Origin: Bdellovibrionales bacterium
Lineage (GTDB): Bacteria > Bdellovibrionota > Bdellovibrionia > Bdellovibrionales > UBA1609
NCBI GenBank assembly: GCA_965199825.1
Contig: OZ241329.1
Span: 1,248,001-1,312,000 of the forward strand
Length of the DNA stretch: 64,000 bases
Reading direction: 5' to 3'
In this document: piece by piece, positions 35,907 through 45,155 of the stretch
Position numbering within the stretch: the stretch's first letter is position 1
Layout of the letters: every line of letters begins with the position of its first letter
Notes under the pieces: model-generated
What the model was told of the DNA's origin: nothing
Seen by the model: the letters and a program-made list of their open reading frames with translations, nothing else
The model's database searches: none
Position numbers and translations under genes: made by a program

Positions 35907-38900
35907 GTGACAACAGCAATTTTTGGTTTTGTATTTTTGATTTCAAATGCGGCTTTTGCCGCAGATCCTCCGTTGATGTTCAATTTTAGTGGAAAGCTGT
36001 TTCAATCAAACGGAGTTGATCCTGTTGAAAACGCTTCGGTCACTTTCAAAACCCAAATCTTATCGCCCGATGGGACATGTTTGCTTTTTGAACAAACCGA
36101 TTTTCGCGATATGACGAGTACGGGCGGTGTGTTTTCGTTGATGGTTGGGACCGGCACGGTATCAAACGCAAGTGCTCTAAGTATTCCCCAAGTATTCGAT
36201 AATTTAAGTCCAAAAACGGGCGCTGCAAACTGCAACTACACTCCCGCAAGTGGTGATTCAAGACGGATACGTTTTAGTTATAATGATGGCTCATCAACCA
36301 TTTTGTTGCCCACCGATCAGTGGGTAGCGAGTGTGCCCTATGCTCTTACCGCACAATCACTTGGAGGCCTGGGCAAAGATGGCTTTATCCAAGTGTCTTC
36401 GAACATTACCCAAACAAATCTTGAATCTCTCACCCAAAATGTTTCAGCCATATTAAATGTGGCTTCGGGCACATCGACCACCTACGCAAAAAGTTCTGAC
36501 TTACCGGTGACCAATGGGGTTTTAGATCTCTCTTCAAGAGGGGTTGAGGTTCCAAACGTACCGCCAGCCGCGATTTTTGCTGTAAACAAAAATTATTCAG
36601 ACGCCAATATTGCCGGTAGAGCAGTCGATGTGAGCACTCTTGCAAACGGGCAAGCACTGGTTTGGAATTCGACTCTGAACAAATGGCAAGCCAACACCCT
36701 GGCGATGGGAACTGTGACCTCAATCACCGCAGGTTCTGGATTAACCGGTGGAACCATTAATGGGAGCGGCACAATCGCTTTAAATAGTGTGGGCACCGCC
36801 GGCACCTATTCAAAAGTCACTACGGACTCATCGGGACGAGTGGTGAGTGGAAGTAGCTTACAGCAAAGCGATATGACGACAGCACTTGGTTACACCCCTC
36901 TAAACAAAGCAGGAGACACTTTGTCTGGTGACTTAAATCTTGCGGGTCATAATCTTATAAACACAGGTTATTTAACTCTCGGAAGCGGAAAATATTTAAG
37001 TTTGGGAAGTTTTGATACCACCACAGAAGGAGCCTTGATCACCTCAACTCTTTCACCCGGTGGAATGACCTATGCCGGCGTGGAATGGTTTAACACTGCC
37101 ACAAAAACAATAAAATATTGGGACGGGACACAGCCTCAGATTTTGACTTCAAGTGTGAGCGGAGGGGCACTTCAAAGTTTTAATGGTCAAACCGCCGCGA
37201 CACAAACAATCGGATTTGGGTCGACGGGTCTTTTGCCGAATGTGACATCACTCAATGGTGTGCATACTTTTAATTTTCCGATGGCTTCGGGTGCAGGAAT
37301 TACCGCCGGGCTAATTTCAAATTCGGATTACGCCATCTTCTCATCAAAGCAAGCAAGCCTCGGATACACACCGATTGACCGCAGCGGTAGCAACTCGATG
37401 GCGGCCAATCTAAATATGTCGCCCGATAATGGAACAACCACATTTAAGATCACCAATCTTAGGGATCCCACTGCAGCTCAAGATGCCGCAACAAAAAATT
37501 ATGCCGATCAAACTGTCGCCGGAAATAAATCGTCCATCGGTATTTTAAATAATTCAACGGACATAAACAAAATCGCTCAGTGGACAGGTACGACCACAGG
37601 TTGGATGATGACCATTCCAACAAATGGAACCGTCACCAATGTGACAGCGTCAGCTCCCTTATCTGTCAATACGTCATCAACGACCCCACAGCTCTTTTTG
37701 CAGGCGGCCGCTATGTCAGGACAATCGTTAAGTTGGAATGGATCGGCATGGGTCAGTGGTTTTGCAAATACCAGTCAGTTGCGATCGGCTACCGGAACAA
37801 ATCAATTTCCGACCAACTGTACCGCCTCCCAAACCCTTGTGTACTCCTCGGTGTCGGACACATTTCAGTGCACAAATATCACGGTGGCTGCAGCCACCGG
37901 AATTGCAACTCCTGGCACCTATCGCTCGGTGGTTGTGGATACAACCGGCCGCGTGACCAGTGGAACAAATCCGACAACACTTGCTGGCTACGGCATTACC
38001 GATGTGGTTCCGGTATTAACAGGTGTAGATTCCGCAAAACCCACAGCGTCGATCAACGGCCGAATATATGTAGCAGCTGATAGTAAAATTATTTATTTAG
38101 ACAATGGCAGTCTATGGATCCCGGTGGCCTCTAACGGGAGTGTTGGCTCATCATTCTCGAGTCTTACAGGCGACGTTTCAGCCAGCGGGACGGGTGCAGC
38201 GAGTGCCGTGGTCAACAGCGTCGGAGGATCCACCGCACTCAACGTTCATTCCGCAGAAGTTTTGGCCAATGCCTCTACAAACTCAAACACCGCAAGCACT
38301 ATTGTGAAGAGAGATGGCAGCGGCAACTTTGCGGCGAACAGTTTAAATTTAAGTTCGGTGGTTTTAAAAGACAGCTCCACAAATTCACTAACTCTGCAAT
38401 CGCCTACGACTTATTCCACCTACGCACTTACGTTTCCAGCCGCAGCCCCAAGCAGCAACAATCAGATTTTGAGTTCAACAACAGCTGGCGTTTTATCGTG
38501 GACTTCGCCTTACGCGGACACCAATGCTCGCGCGGCGATTTCGGCGAGTTCCCCTTTGAGTTACAATTCAACAACCGGTGCACTTTCGATTTCGACTCTT
38601 TCAAGTTTGACCGGAGATGTAACCGCAAGCGGGACGGGTGCAGTAAGTTCAGTCGTCAATAGTGTTGGAGGCTCCACCGCATCGAATCTTCATGCGGCAG
38701 AGGTGTTGGCCAATGCCTCCACCAATACAAACACCGCAAGCACCATTGTGAAGAGAGACGGCAGCGGAAATTTTGCGGCGAACAATATAAATTTAAGTTC
38801 GGTGGTTTTGAAAGACAGCTCAACAAATTCGCTAACTTTGCAATCGCCTACGACTTATTCTAGTTATGCACTTACGTTTCCAGCGGCGGCACCGAGTAGC

Positions 38901-40661
38901 AACAATCAGATTTTAAGTTCCACAACGGCTGGAGTTTTATCTTGGACTTCGCCTTACGCGGACAGCAATGCTCGCGCGGCGATCTCAGCCAGTGCGCCAT
39001 TGAGTTACAATTCGACAACCGGTGCAGTTTCGATTTCAAATTTACCTGTTGCAAACGGCGGAACCAACTCAACCGCAGCACTAAATAATAATAGTTTAAT
39101 GATCTCAAGTGGAGGTGCTATCGTCGAGGCTTCGGCTTTAACTCACGGACAAATATTAATTGGATCTACAGGTGCTGCACCCACCGCTGCGACTCTGACT
39201 GCAGGAAGTGGAATTGCGATCACAAATGCGGCAGGTTCGATCACTATTGCTGCGAATGCGGCATTGGGCTCGGCGAGCGGGGATCTCTCAGGAACATTTC
39301 CCTCGCCGACGGTTGCAAAAATCCAAGGGGTGGCAGTGAGTTCAACCAGTCCAACCAGTGGGCGATTTATGGAATACAACGGAACAAATTGGATCGACAA
39401 ATCGGTGAACATTACCGATCTTAAGAGCTCGATTGCAGGAAATTTGTTTAGCTCGCCCAATTGCTCGGCTGCACAAACTTTATCGTGGAGTGCGATCAGT
39501 GATCAATTTAGTTGCGTCACGATTGCGATCACCGACAGCAATGTGACCTTTGGAACAAAAGCGGCAAATACAATTTTGGCTGCACCCAGTGGCAGCAGCG
39601 GAACGCCCACCTTTCGCGCACTCGCGGCCACAGATTTACCGAGCGGGGTTGTGACTGCCGGGACCTACAATACGGTCAGCGTGGATACTTACGGCCGTGT
39701 GACAGCGGGCACCAATCCGACCACTCTCTCAGGACATGGAATTACGGATGCGGTACAAAATGCGGGAGGCATACCATCGCTCACATCTGGACTGGATGCC
39801 GCAAAAGGAAGTGCCACAACAGCTGGTCGCCTTTACGTTGCCACCGACACATTAAAAATATATCGCGACACCGGTTCCAGTTGGACGGTGGTGTCTTCGG
39901 CAAATGGGAGTGGTGGAACCTTAACCTCGCTCACTGCAGGCGCAGGCTTGACTGGTGGAACTGTCACCGCAACTGGCACACTCGCGGTTGACTCCGGAAC
40001 AACGGCCAACAAAATTGTTGTCCTTGATGCCAATGCCAAACTTCCCGCGGTGGATGGCAGTCAACTTACCAATCTTCCTCAACCCACTATGGCCACCTAC
40101 ACTAATGTCTATTCCACCGATGCAACCTCAACTTGGACAGTCCCCGCAGGGGTCACACGCGTTTATGTTCAAGTTTGGGGAGCAGGCGGCGGCGGGGGCG
40201 GCGGAAACGCCCTTGGTATGGGCGGCAGCGGCGGTGGAGGCGGCGGATATGGCGCAGCTTTTCTCACTGTTACACCCGGAGCCGCAATGGCCGCGACTGT
40301 GGGTACCGCCGGAACCGGAGCTGCCGCGGCAGCGGCAGGTGGGGCTGGGGGCAGCTCGATTTTCTCAACAATCACTGCGACGGGAGGCGCCGGAGAGATC
40401 GGCTCTGGTCAGGCCCCAATCGCGGGCGGAACTTCAAGCGCAACCATAAATGTGGCGGGTGGACGTGGATCTTCGGGGGCATCGGGTTCTTCTGGTGGCA
40501 CGGGCGGAGCTGCGGGTGGTGGTGGCGGCTCCGGCGGTGGTGGATCTTCTTCGAACACGATTGCCGGCGGTGCGGGTTCGACACCTGGTGGTGGCGGCGG
40601 CGGGGGCGGAGGAGCTGCCAGCGGCGCTGGCGGATCGGGACGGGTCACAATCTGGTATTAA
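35907..40661 (+). CDS. Giant phage-tail-fibre-like secreted adhesin (Bdellovibrio MAT-like) with Gly-rich C-terminal domain
   Basis: Signal peptide; N-terminal FSGKL...CLLFEQ...SVPYA domain; GTVTSITAGSGLTGG, GTY.KVT.D..GRV, PTTLAGYGITD and DAATKNY fibre motifs; WTVPAGVT.V.VQVWGAGGGG tip. Confidence 0.85.
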   Translation: MTTAIFGFVFLISNAAFAADPPLMFNFSGKLFQSNGVDPVENASVTFKTQILSPDGTCLLFEQTDFRDMTSTGGVFSLMVGTGTVSNASALSIPQVFDNLSPKTGAANCNYTPASGDSRRIRFSYNDGSSTILLPTDQWVASVPYALTAQSLGGLGKDGFIQVSSNITQTNLESLTQNVSAILNVASGTSTTYAKSSDLPVTNGVLDLSSRGVEVPNVPPAAIFAVNKNYSDANIAGRAVDVSTLANGQALVWNSTLNKWQANTLAMGTVTSITAGSGLTGGTINGSGTIALNSVGTAGTYSKVTTDSSGRVVSGSSLQQSDMTTALGYTPLNKAGDTLSGDLNLAGHNLINTGYLTLGSGKYLSLGSFDTTTEGALITSTLSPGGMTYAGVEWFNTATKTIKYWDGTQPQILTSSVSGGALQSFNGQTAATQTIGFGSTGLLPNVTSLNGVHTFNFPMASGAGITAGLISNSDYAIFSSKQASLGYTPIDRSGSNSMAANLNMSPDNGTTTFKITNLRDPTAAQDAATKNYADQTVAGNKSSIGILNNSTDINKIAQWTGTTTGWMMTIPTNGTVTNVTASAPLSVNTSSTTPQLFLQAAAMSGQSLSWNGSAWVSGFANTSQLRSATGTNQFPTNCTASQTLVYSSVSDTFQCTNITVAAATGIATPGTYRSVVVDTTGRVTSGTNPTTLAGYGITDVVPVLTGVDSAKPTASINGRIYVAADSKIIYLDNGSLWIPVASNGSVGSSFSSLTGDVSASGTGAASAVVNSVGGSTALNVHSAEVLANASTNSNTASTIVKRDGSGNFAANSLNLSSVVLKDSSTNSLTLQSPTTYSTYALTFPAAAPSSNNQILSSTTAGVLSWTSPYADTNARAAISASSPLSYNSTTGALSISTLSSLTGDVTASGTGAVSSVVNSVGGSTASNLHAAEVLANASTNTNTASTIVKRDGSGNFAANNINLSSVVLKDSSTNSLTLQSPTTYSSYALTFPAAAPSSNNQILSSTTAGVLSWTSPYADSNARAAISASAPLSYNSTTGAVSISNLPVANGGTNSTAALNNNSLMISSGGAIVEASALTHGQILIGSTGAAPTAATLTAGSGIAITNAAGSITIAANAALGSASGDLSGTFPSPTVAKIQGVAVSSTSPTSGRFMEYNGTNWIDKSVNITDLKSSIAGNLFSSPNCSAAQTLSWSAISDQFSCVTIAITDSNVTFGTKAANTILAAPSGSSGTPTFRALAATDLPSGVVTAGTYNTVSVDTYGRVTAGTNPTTLSGHGITDAVQNAGGIPSLTSGLDAAKGSATTAGRLYVATDTLKIYRDTGSSWTVVSSANGSGGTLTSLTAGAGLTGGTVTATGTLAVDSGTTANKIVVLDANAKLPAVDGSQLTNLPQPTMATYTNVYSTDATSTWTVPAGVTRVYVQVWGAGGGGGGGNALGMGGSGGGGGGYGAAFLTVTPGAAMAATVGTAGTGAAAAAAGGAGGSSIFSTITATGGAGEIGSGQAPIAGGTSSATINVAGGRGSSGASGSSGGTGGAAGGGGGSGGGGSSSNTIAGGAGSTPGGGGGGGGGAASGAGGSGRVTIWY
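38157..39038 (+). repeat. Intragenic tandem duplication, 444-bp (148-aa) period
   Basis: 38157-38594 and 38601-39038 encode near-identical SSLTGDV...STTGA.SIS modules. Confidence 0.92.
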
Positions 40662-41347
40662 TCCTCGATCGAAAAGCAATAGCCCTTTTTGATTACCGCC
40701 TTTAGATACTGAGCGGATGGCCCAATTTTTTTACGTAACGTAGAAATATGGGCATCCACTGTGTGATCCGATACATGAACCGCACTGCCCCAAACTTGAC
40801 CGACAAGGTCTTGTCGACTCAGAGTCACCCCTTGGTTTTGGAGAAAGTGCATCATCAATTTAAATTCGGTGGGTGTCAGATTCAAATCTTCGCGATCACC
40901 CGAAGAAGGACTTCTAAATATTTTTTGCAATTTCAGATCAATTCCAAAATTCGCCTTTTCAAAAAAAGTCTCCATCGCGGGCGACGATCGCTTCAGTTTT
41001 GATGCCACACGCGCCTTAAACTCTCGCGGCTCAAGAGGCTTTGTGATGTAGTCATCAGCACCCAGCGCAAAACCTTGCACCCGCTGCTCCACCTCGGACA
41101 ATGCGGTCAAAAAGATGATCGGAGTGTTGGCCCAACGCGAACTCTCGCGCAGCTTTTGGCAAAACTCAAAACCATTTCCATCGGGCAATTCAACATCCAA
41201 AATAAATAGATCAACATTCAAGGTCTCAAGTTTAGCCATGGCCTCTTTGATGGTACCCGCGATGGTGAGTTCGCAAAGAGATGAGATTGTGGACTGGACT
41301 AATTTTGCGGTGAGAGCATTGTCTTCGACACAGAGGACAGTGGGCAT
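40658..41347 (-). CDS. OmpR-family response regulator
   Basis: VED, LDVELPDGNG, GADDYITKP, LTPTEF, VDAHISTLRKK; SD AAGGAG before ATG 41347. Confidence 0.92.
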   Translation of the reverse strand: MPTVLCVEDNALTAKLVQSTISSLCELTIAGTIKEAMAKLETLNVDLFILDVELPDGNGFEFCQKLRESSRWANTPIIFLTALSEVEQRVQGFALGADDYITKPLEPREFKARVASKLKRSSPAMETFFEKANFGIDLKLQKIFRSPSSGDREDLNLTPTEFKLMMHFLQNQGVTLSRQDLVGQVWGSAVHVSDHTVDAHISTLRKKIGPSAQYLKAVIKKGYCFSIED

Positions 41348-41439
41348 GGGGGCTCCTTTGTTAATATATTTGTCTAAAGCAGACGGAGCAGCAACTGTTT
41401 TTGGGGAGGGCGAAACCAAGACGAGACTAATAGTCTACA

Positions 41440-42472
41440 AACTGGCCCCTTTGACTGTGTTTATAAACATAGAAATTTTTTATTACAAAATCTTAAACAG
41501 AGTGACCGATCAGTTTACGAAATTTTCGATGACACTTGTGAGGCTGAATCAGAAATTCATTATGGTAGAGCACATAAATTGCCAGATGATTACGCAGCTC
41601 TTCGATCTTTTTAGTCGTGCACCACGTTCGTCTCGACATTCGTTTGAGATTATCACGAATCATTGCACAGGTATGGTTGAGCGTATGGAGTGGATCAAAG
41701 CCGCCGCGCTTAAGTTCGCCTTGTCCAACGATACAGCCCCTTCGTCCTTTGAATTGCTGATATTTATGGTCTTTAAAATATTTTTTGATGTCGGGTGGGT
41801 AATGAGGGTTTTGGTCGGACATAAAAGTGCAGTCATCGGACACTATCGACTTTAATTTTGTAAACAAAACCTTTCGTCCATCAGGTCGCTCATCTTTGCG
41901 CCGTCCGTATTTGAACCGCGCTTTTTTAGCGAGAAGTCCGCGGGCCGGCATCGGACTGCATTCGAAAGAAAGGATGCGTCGACTACGGTTTTCTACGGCT
42001 AAAGTAATCGAAACAGGTTTGAACTTAGTATGTTCAAATGTTTCCATATCATCAAATTGGACATCACGAACTTTTGGGAGAACCAAATTTTGTTTATTTG
42101 TTATTTCAAACGCAAGGCCTGCCAGAAATCGAAATTTCCGGATCACGGTTTTTCGGTTGGTTTCGAGTACGATTGCGGTTCGCCTTTTTGAAAAGCCGCC
42201 ACAAAGTTTATGATAAATCTGAATATTGAGATGACGTTTTTTTTGACGATAACAAATGTCTTGAGTTGCATGCGAAAAACTTTTTTTGCAAACCAGACAA
42301 CGGTAACGCTGAATCTTTTTTTGATCACATTTGCGGATAAAGAAGCCGGATTTGCGAATGGCCATCCGGTCTTTTCCGAACTCTTTGTTGCAAGCGCAAA
42401 CTGGAATTGATCTCTTCATCGTGAGGGATCAAGAGAGCAATTCGCTGGCCAGCACAATCAAGTGGGCCAGTT
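41440..42472 (-). mobile_element. IS1/IS1595-like insertion sequence with about 20-bp imperfect terminal inverted repeats
   Basis: AACTGGCCCCTTTGACTGTG (41440-41459) versus the reverse complement of 42453-42472, AACTGGCCCACTTGATTGTG: 17/20 identical, bracketing a transposase ORF. Confidence 0.75.
41493..42419 (-). CDS. Transposase-like protein (Zn-ribbon + HTH + DDE-like domain)
   Basis: QRYRCLVCKKSF, HTH RRTAIVLETNRKTV, QFDDMET, MSD..PHY, R...KRMSRRTWCTTK, YHN. Confidence 0.8.
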   Translation of the reverse strand: MKRSIPVCACNKEFGKDRMAIRKSGFFIRKCDQKKIQRYRCLVCKKSFSHATQDICYRQKKRHLNIQIYHKLCGGFSKRRTAIVLETNRKTVIRKFRFLAGLAFEITNKQNLVLPKVRDVQFDDMETFEHTKFKPVSITLAVENRSRRILSFECSPMPARGLLAKKARFKYGRRKDERPDGRKVLFTKLKSIVSDDCTFMSDQNPHYPPDIKKYFKDHKYQQFKGRRGCIVGQGELKRGGFDPLHTLNHTCAMIRDNLKRMSRRTWCTTKKIEELRNHLAIYVLYHNEFLIQPHKCHRKFRKLIGHSV

Positions 42473-43016
42473 AGGAGAGGACCCCCGCGCTTTTTTTGGT
42501 TTTGTGTTTTTGGGTCTTCGCCCGCAAACTCACAAACTTCTTCAGCATCCCATGATTCTTTTCACCACTTGCCGCCTTGCGAATCAATGGCAACAGATCG
42601 CGTTCTTCTTCTTTTAAATGATGCTCAACAATTTCTGAAAGCACATTCGCGCTCGCCGACCATTTGAGAGCGTTTTTTTGTTTTTCGATTCGTCCCATCA
42701 GATCCTCGGCCAAGCTGTGTTCGACATACCCTTCGCTCACTTTGATATGCATTTCTTTGCCAACAAGTTTCATTGAGGGAGTGTAAACCGCTTGCTCTTC
42801 GGCAATGGTGTGGGACTTCAAAAGATCCGAAAAGCTTTTATAAGCAGCGCGACGCTTTGCCATCGGCTGATCTGTGTCTTTTAAAGTATCCAAGTAGTTT
42901 CGCAGGGCTTGGTGGTCCATCTTGATTGCATCGACAATATCCTTTGGGGTCGACGAAAAAAGGGAGACGAGTTGGTGAGAGAATTCCTCTATGTATTTTC
43001 CGACCGATGATTTCAT
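42471..43016 (-). CDS. Hemerythrin/HHE cation-binding domain protein
   Basis: DH, H..AEE..VY, EH, HHLKEEE..LLP. Confidence 0.85.
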   Translation of the reverse strand: MKSSVGKYIEEFSHQLVSLFSSTPKDIVDAIKMDHQALRNYLDTLKDTDQPMAKRRAAYKSFSDLLKSHTIAEEQAVYTPSMKLVGKEMHIKVSEGYVEHSLAEDLMGRIEKQKNALKWSASANVLSEIVEHHLKEEERDLLPLIRKAASGEKNHGMLKKFVSLRAKTQKHKTKKSAGVLS

Positions 43017-43120
43017 TTTAGAACTCCAAATTGTGATAAATCGTTCGCATAAAAGGAAAATATAGTCGTTAAATCCGAATAAAGGTAGTTATTGTGCTTA
43101 ACCTTTTTGATAGGAGCTAT

Positions 43121-44026
43121 ATGAAAAACCAAAATTATCCAAAAACAGAGCACGTGACGTCAGATTCCCATCGTCATTTGCTATGCTGGAAGTCGACCTT
43201 AGCTGGTCTACTGATTACGATCATGGGATTTATGATGTTAACCGCATTGGGCGGAGTGGTTGCGGGTTTCACCGCTGAAGGCTTAATCACCAACGAAAGC
43301 GGCGGCGGCTCGGCTCTCGCAAGTGGTGCAGGCCTCTGGCTTGGACTTTCGGCAGTGATCGCTTTATTTTGCGGCAGTTACTTTGCTTTGCGCATCTCGC
43401 GATTTGTGACCGCAAAAGTTGGAGCGGCTCATGGATTTGTGATTGCCTCACTCTTTTTTATTTTGATGTTTGTCAAAATTGGCTCGTTTATGGGCGGAGC
43501 AATGAGCAACTTTGCAAAAGTGGCTCAAGGTGCGGGCGACCAGGCTTCGAGTCTTTCTTCAAGCCCAATGGTCCAAGACACTTTTAATAAAGTGATTGGC
43601 AATGCGAATCTAAAATCGGATCCAAAAGAAGTGGCGCAAGGCCTGACCAATCGTCTTCTTCAAGGCGATGTTGAGTCGGCAAAAAATTACTTGGCTTATC
43701 AAACCGGAATGAATGCTTCAGAAGTGGATGCAAAGATTGCTCAACTGAAGAGTGATTTTGAAGCTGCGGCAAAACGTGTTGGTGAAAAAACCGCTCGTGG
43801 GGTTGCTGATGCTTCGCTCAGTCTTTTTGTTGTATTTTTGGCAGGCTTAATCGGCGCAGTTGTTGGTGGTCGCGTAGGCGCTCATTCCAATAACGACCGT
43901 CCTTTTGCCACTTTCAGTCCAATGAGCAACGCTCGTGGCAGCATGATGCCTTATGTTTTGGGTTGGTTCTTAGGCGTTCCAGCATCGATTCTTATGTTGA
44001 TTGCGGTGTTACGTAGTATTTTTTAA
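43121..44026 (+). CDS. Hypothetical multi-pass membrane protein
   Basis: W..TLAG, several TM helices around a soluble helical loop; SD AGGAG. Confidence 0.75.
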   Translation: MKNQNYPKTEHVTSDSHRHLLCWKSTLAGLLITIMGFMMLTALGGVVAGFTAEGLITNESGGGSALASGAGLWLGLSAVIALFCGSYFALRISRFVTAKVGAAHGFVIASLFFILMFVKIGSFMGGAMSNFAKVAQGAGDQASSLSSSPMVQDTFNKVIGNANLKSDPKEVAQGLTNRLLQGDVESAKNYLAYQTGMNASEVDAKIAQLKSDFEAAAKRVGEKTARGVADASLSLFVVFLAGLIGAVVGGRVGAHSNNDRPFATFSPMSNARGSMMPYVLGWFLGVPASILMLIAVLRSIF

Positions 44027-44034
44027 ATATCTTT

Positions 44035-44065
44035 AAGCCAGAGCTTTACCGCTCTGGCTTTTTTT
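44035..44065 (+). terminator. Intrinsic terminator
   Basis: AAGCCAGAGC-TTTACC-GCTCTGGCTT followed by a T run. Confidence 0.85.
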
Positions 44066-44078
44066 AGGGAGAATCAAG

Positions 44079-44414
44079 ATGACTTATCAAGGTGGATGTC
44101 ATTGCGGAAATGTTCGATTCGAAGTTGAGATGGATCTCAAAAATGCGGTCTCTTGCAATTGTTCGATTTGTCTTAAGCGCGGAAGCCTATTTGATTTTGT
44201 TCCTGAATCTCAATTTAAATTGATGAGTGGAAATCTCAAAGAATATCTCTTTAATAAAAATAAAATTCATCACCAGTTTTGCAGCAACTGTGGGATTTTG
44301 CCATTTGCCAAAACCTCTGCACCAGAAACGATGGTTGCGGTGAACGTGCGCTGTCTTGATAATATCGATCTCTCAAAGCTTTCAATCCAAGAGCATGATG
44401 GAAAGAGCAGCTAG
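44079..44414 (+). CDS. GFA/CENP-V family Zn protein
   Basis: GGCHCG.VRF, CNCSIC, FC..CG, VNVRCL. Confidence 0.92.
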   Translation: MTYQGGCHCGNVRFEVEMDLKNAVSCNCSICLKRGSLFDFVPESQFKLMSGNLKEYLFNKNKIHHQFCSNCGILPFAKTSAPETMVAVNVRCLDNIDLSKLSIQEHDGKSS

Positions 44415-45121
44415 AGTCTAAACCAGGTGCTCAAAAGATCTTGGTAGTAGTTTTGTGAATCCTCCGAATCAAATGAATTATCTAAGCGCCGAATCCTTTC
44501 GATGACGCTTTTGTAAAAATCCTGATCCACATGAATATGATTGGTAAATGAAGATTGAATGGCTTGAGCCACCATTGGGTTTGAGGGTTCGATCTCGCGA
44601 AAATAAGTTTTAAGTCTTGCGGCTGCGTCGGCCACTTGATCGGCGGCGTATTCGGGGTCGTTGGACTGCATCGCTCGGTGGGCCTCATAAAAATTTTGGC
44701 GGGCCAGAATCAAAAATTGGTTGATCACGTTGCGGCTCATCTGGGCATTGAGGCTATAATTTTCCTGAGTCTTGACCCATACCGATTCAAATGAAGCATC
44801 AAAATCTTCCTGTTGAAAGGTTGGCGAGGTTTTCATTCCGAAAGCTTTTTTGCGAAACCAAGAAGAGATCGGCTCCCAGATCGGCGCACCAAAAACAAAA
44901 ACTCCGAGGGTTGCAAATTGCGACACAAAGGTCGATAAGAATTTATATTTTTGGGGGAGGGCCGCTGTCAGATAAGTTGTTCCAACCGCACTTAAAACCA
45001 TGGTGCCCACAAGAATGGAGTAGCCGTAAATTTCTTGAGTGCTGGTTTTTTTTTGTGGCGGTGGTAATGAAAAAGACGAACCACAAAAACAAAACAAGAT
45101 GATAAATAAAAATGCTCGCAC
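44411..45121 (-). CDS. Hypothetical membrane protein
   Basis: 236 aa, signal peptide plus two TM segments, SD GGAGG. Confidence 0.65.
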   Translation of the reverse strand: MRAFLFIILFCFCGSSFSLPPPQKKTSTQEIYGYSILVGTMVLSAVGTTYLTAALPQKYKFLSTFVSQFATLGVFVFGAPIWEPISSWFRKKAFGMKTSPTFQQEDFDASFESVWVKTQENYSLNAQMSRNVINQFLILARQNFYEAHRAMQSNDPEYAADQVADAAARLKTYFREIEPSNPMVAQAIQSSFTNHIHVDQDFYKSVIERIRRLDNSFDSEDSQNYYQDLLSTWFRL

Positions 45122-45155
45122 ACAACCTCCTGCTCGCTACGTAGCAGAGATTGAT

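Noticed and set aside
39512..40705. Several overlapping Arg/Trp- or Pro-rich ORFs
   Set aside because: They are shadow frames of the Gly-rich adhesin C-terminus.
41115..42410. Plus-strand ORFs of 246 and 128 aa
   Set aside because: Antisense to the response regulator and the transposase, spanning the IS boundary, with no recognisable motifs.
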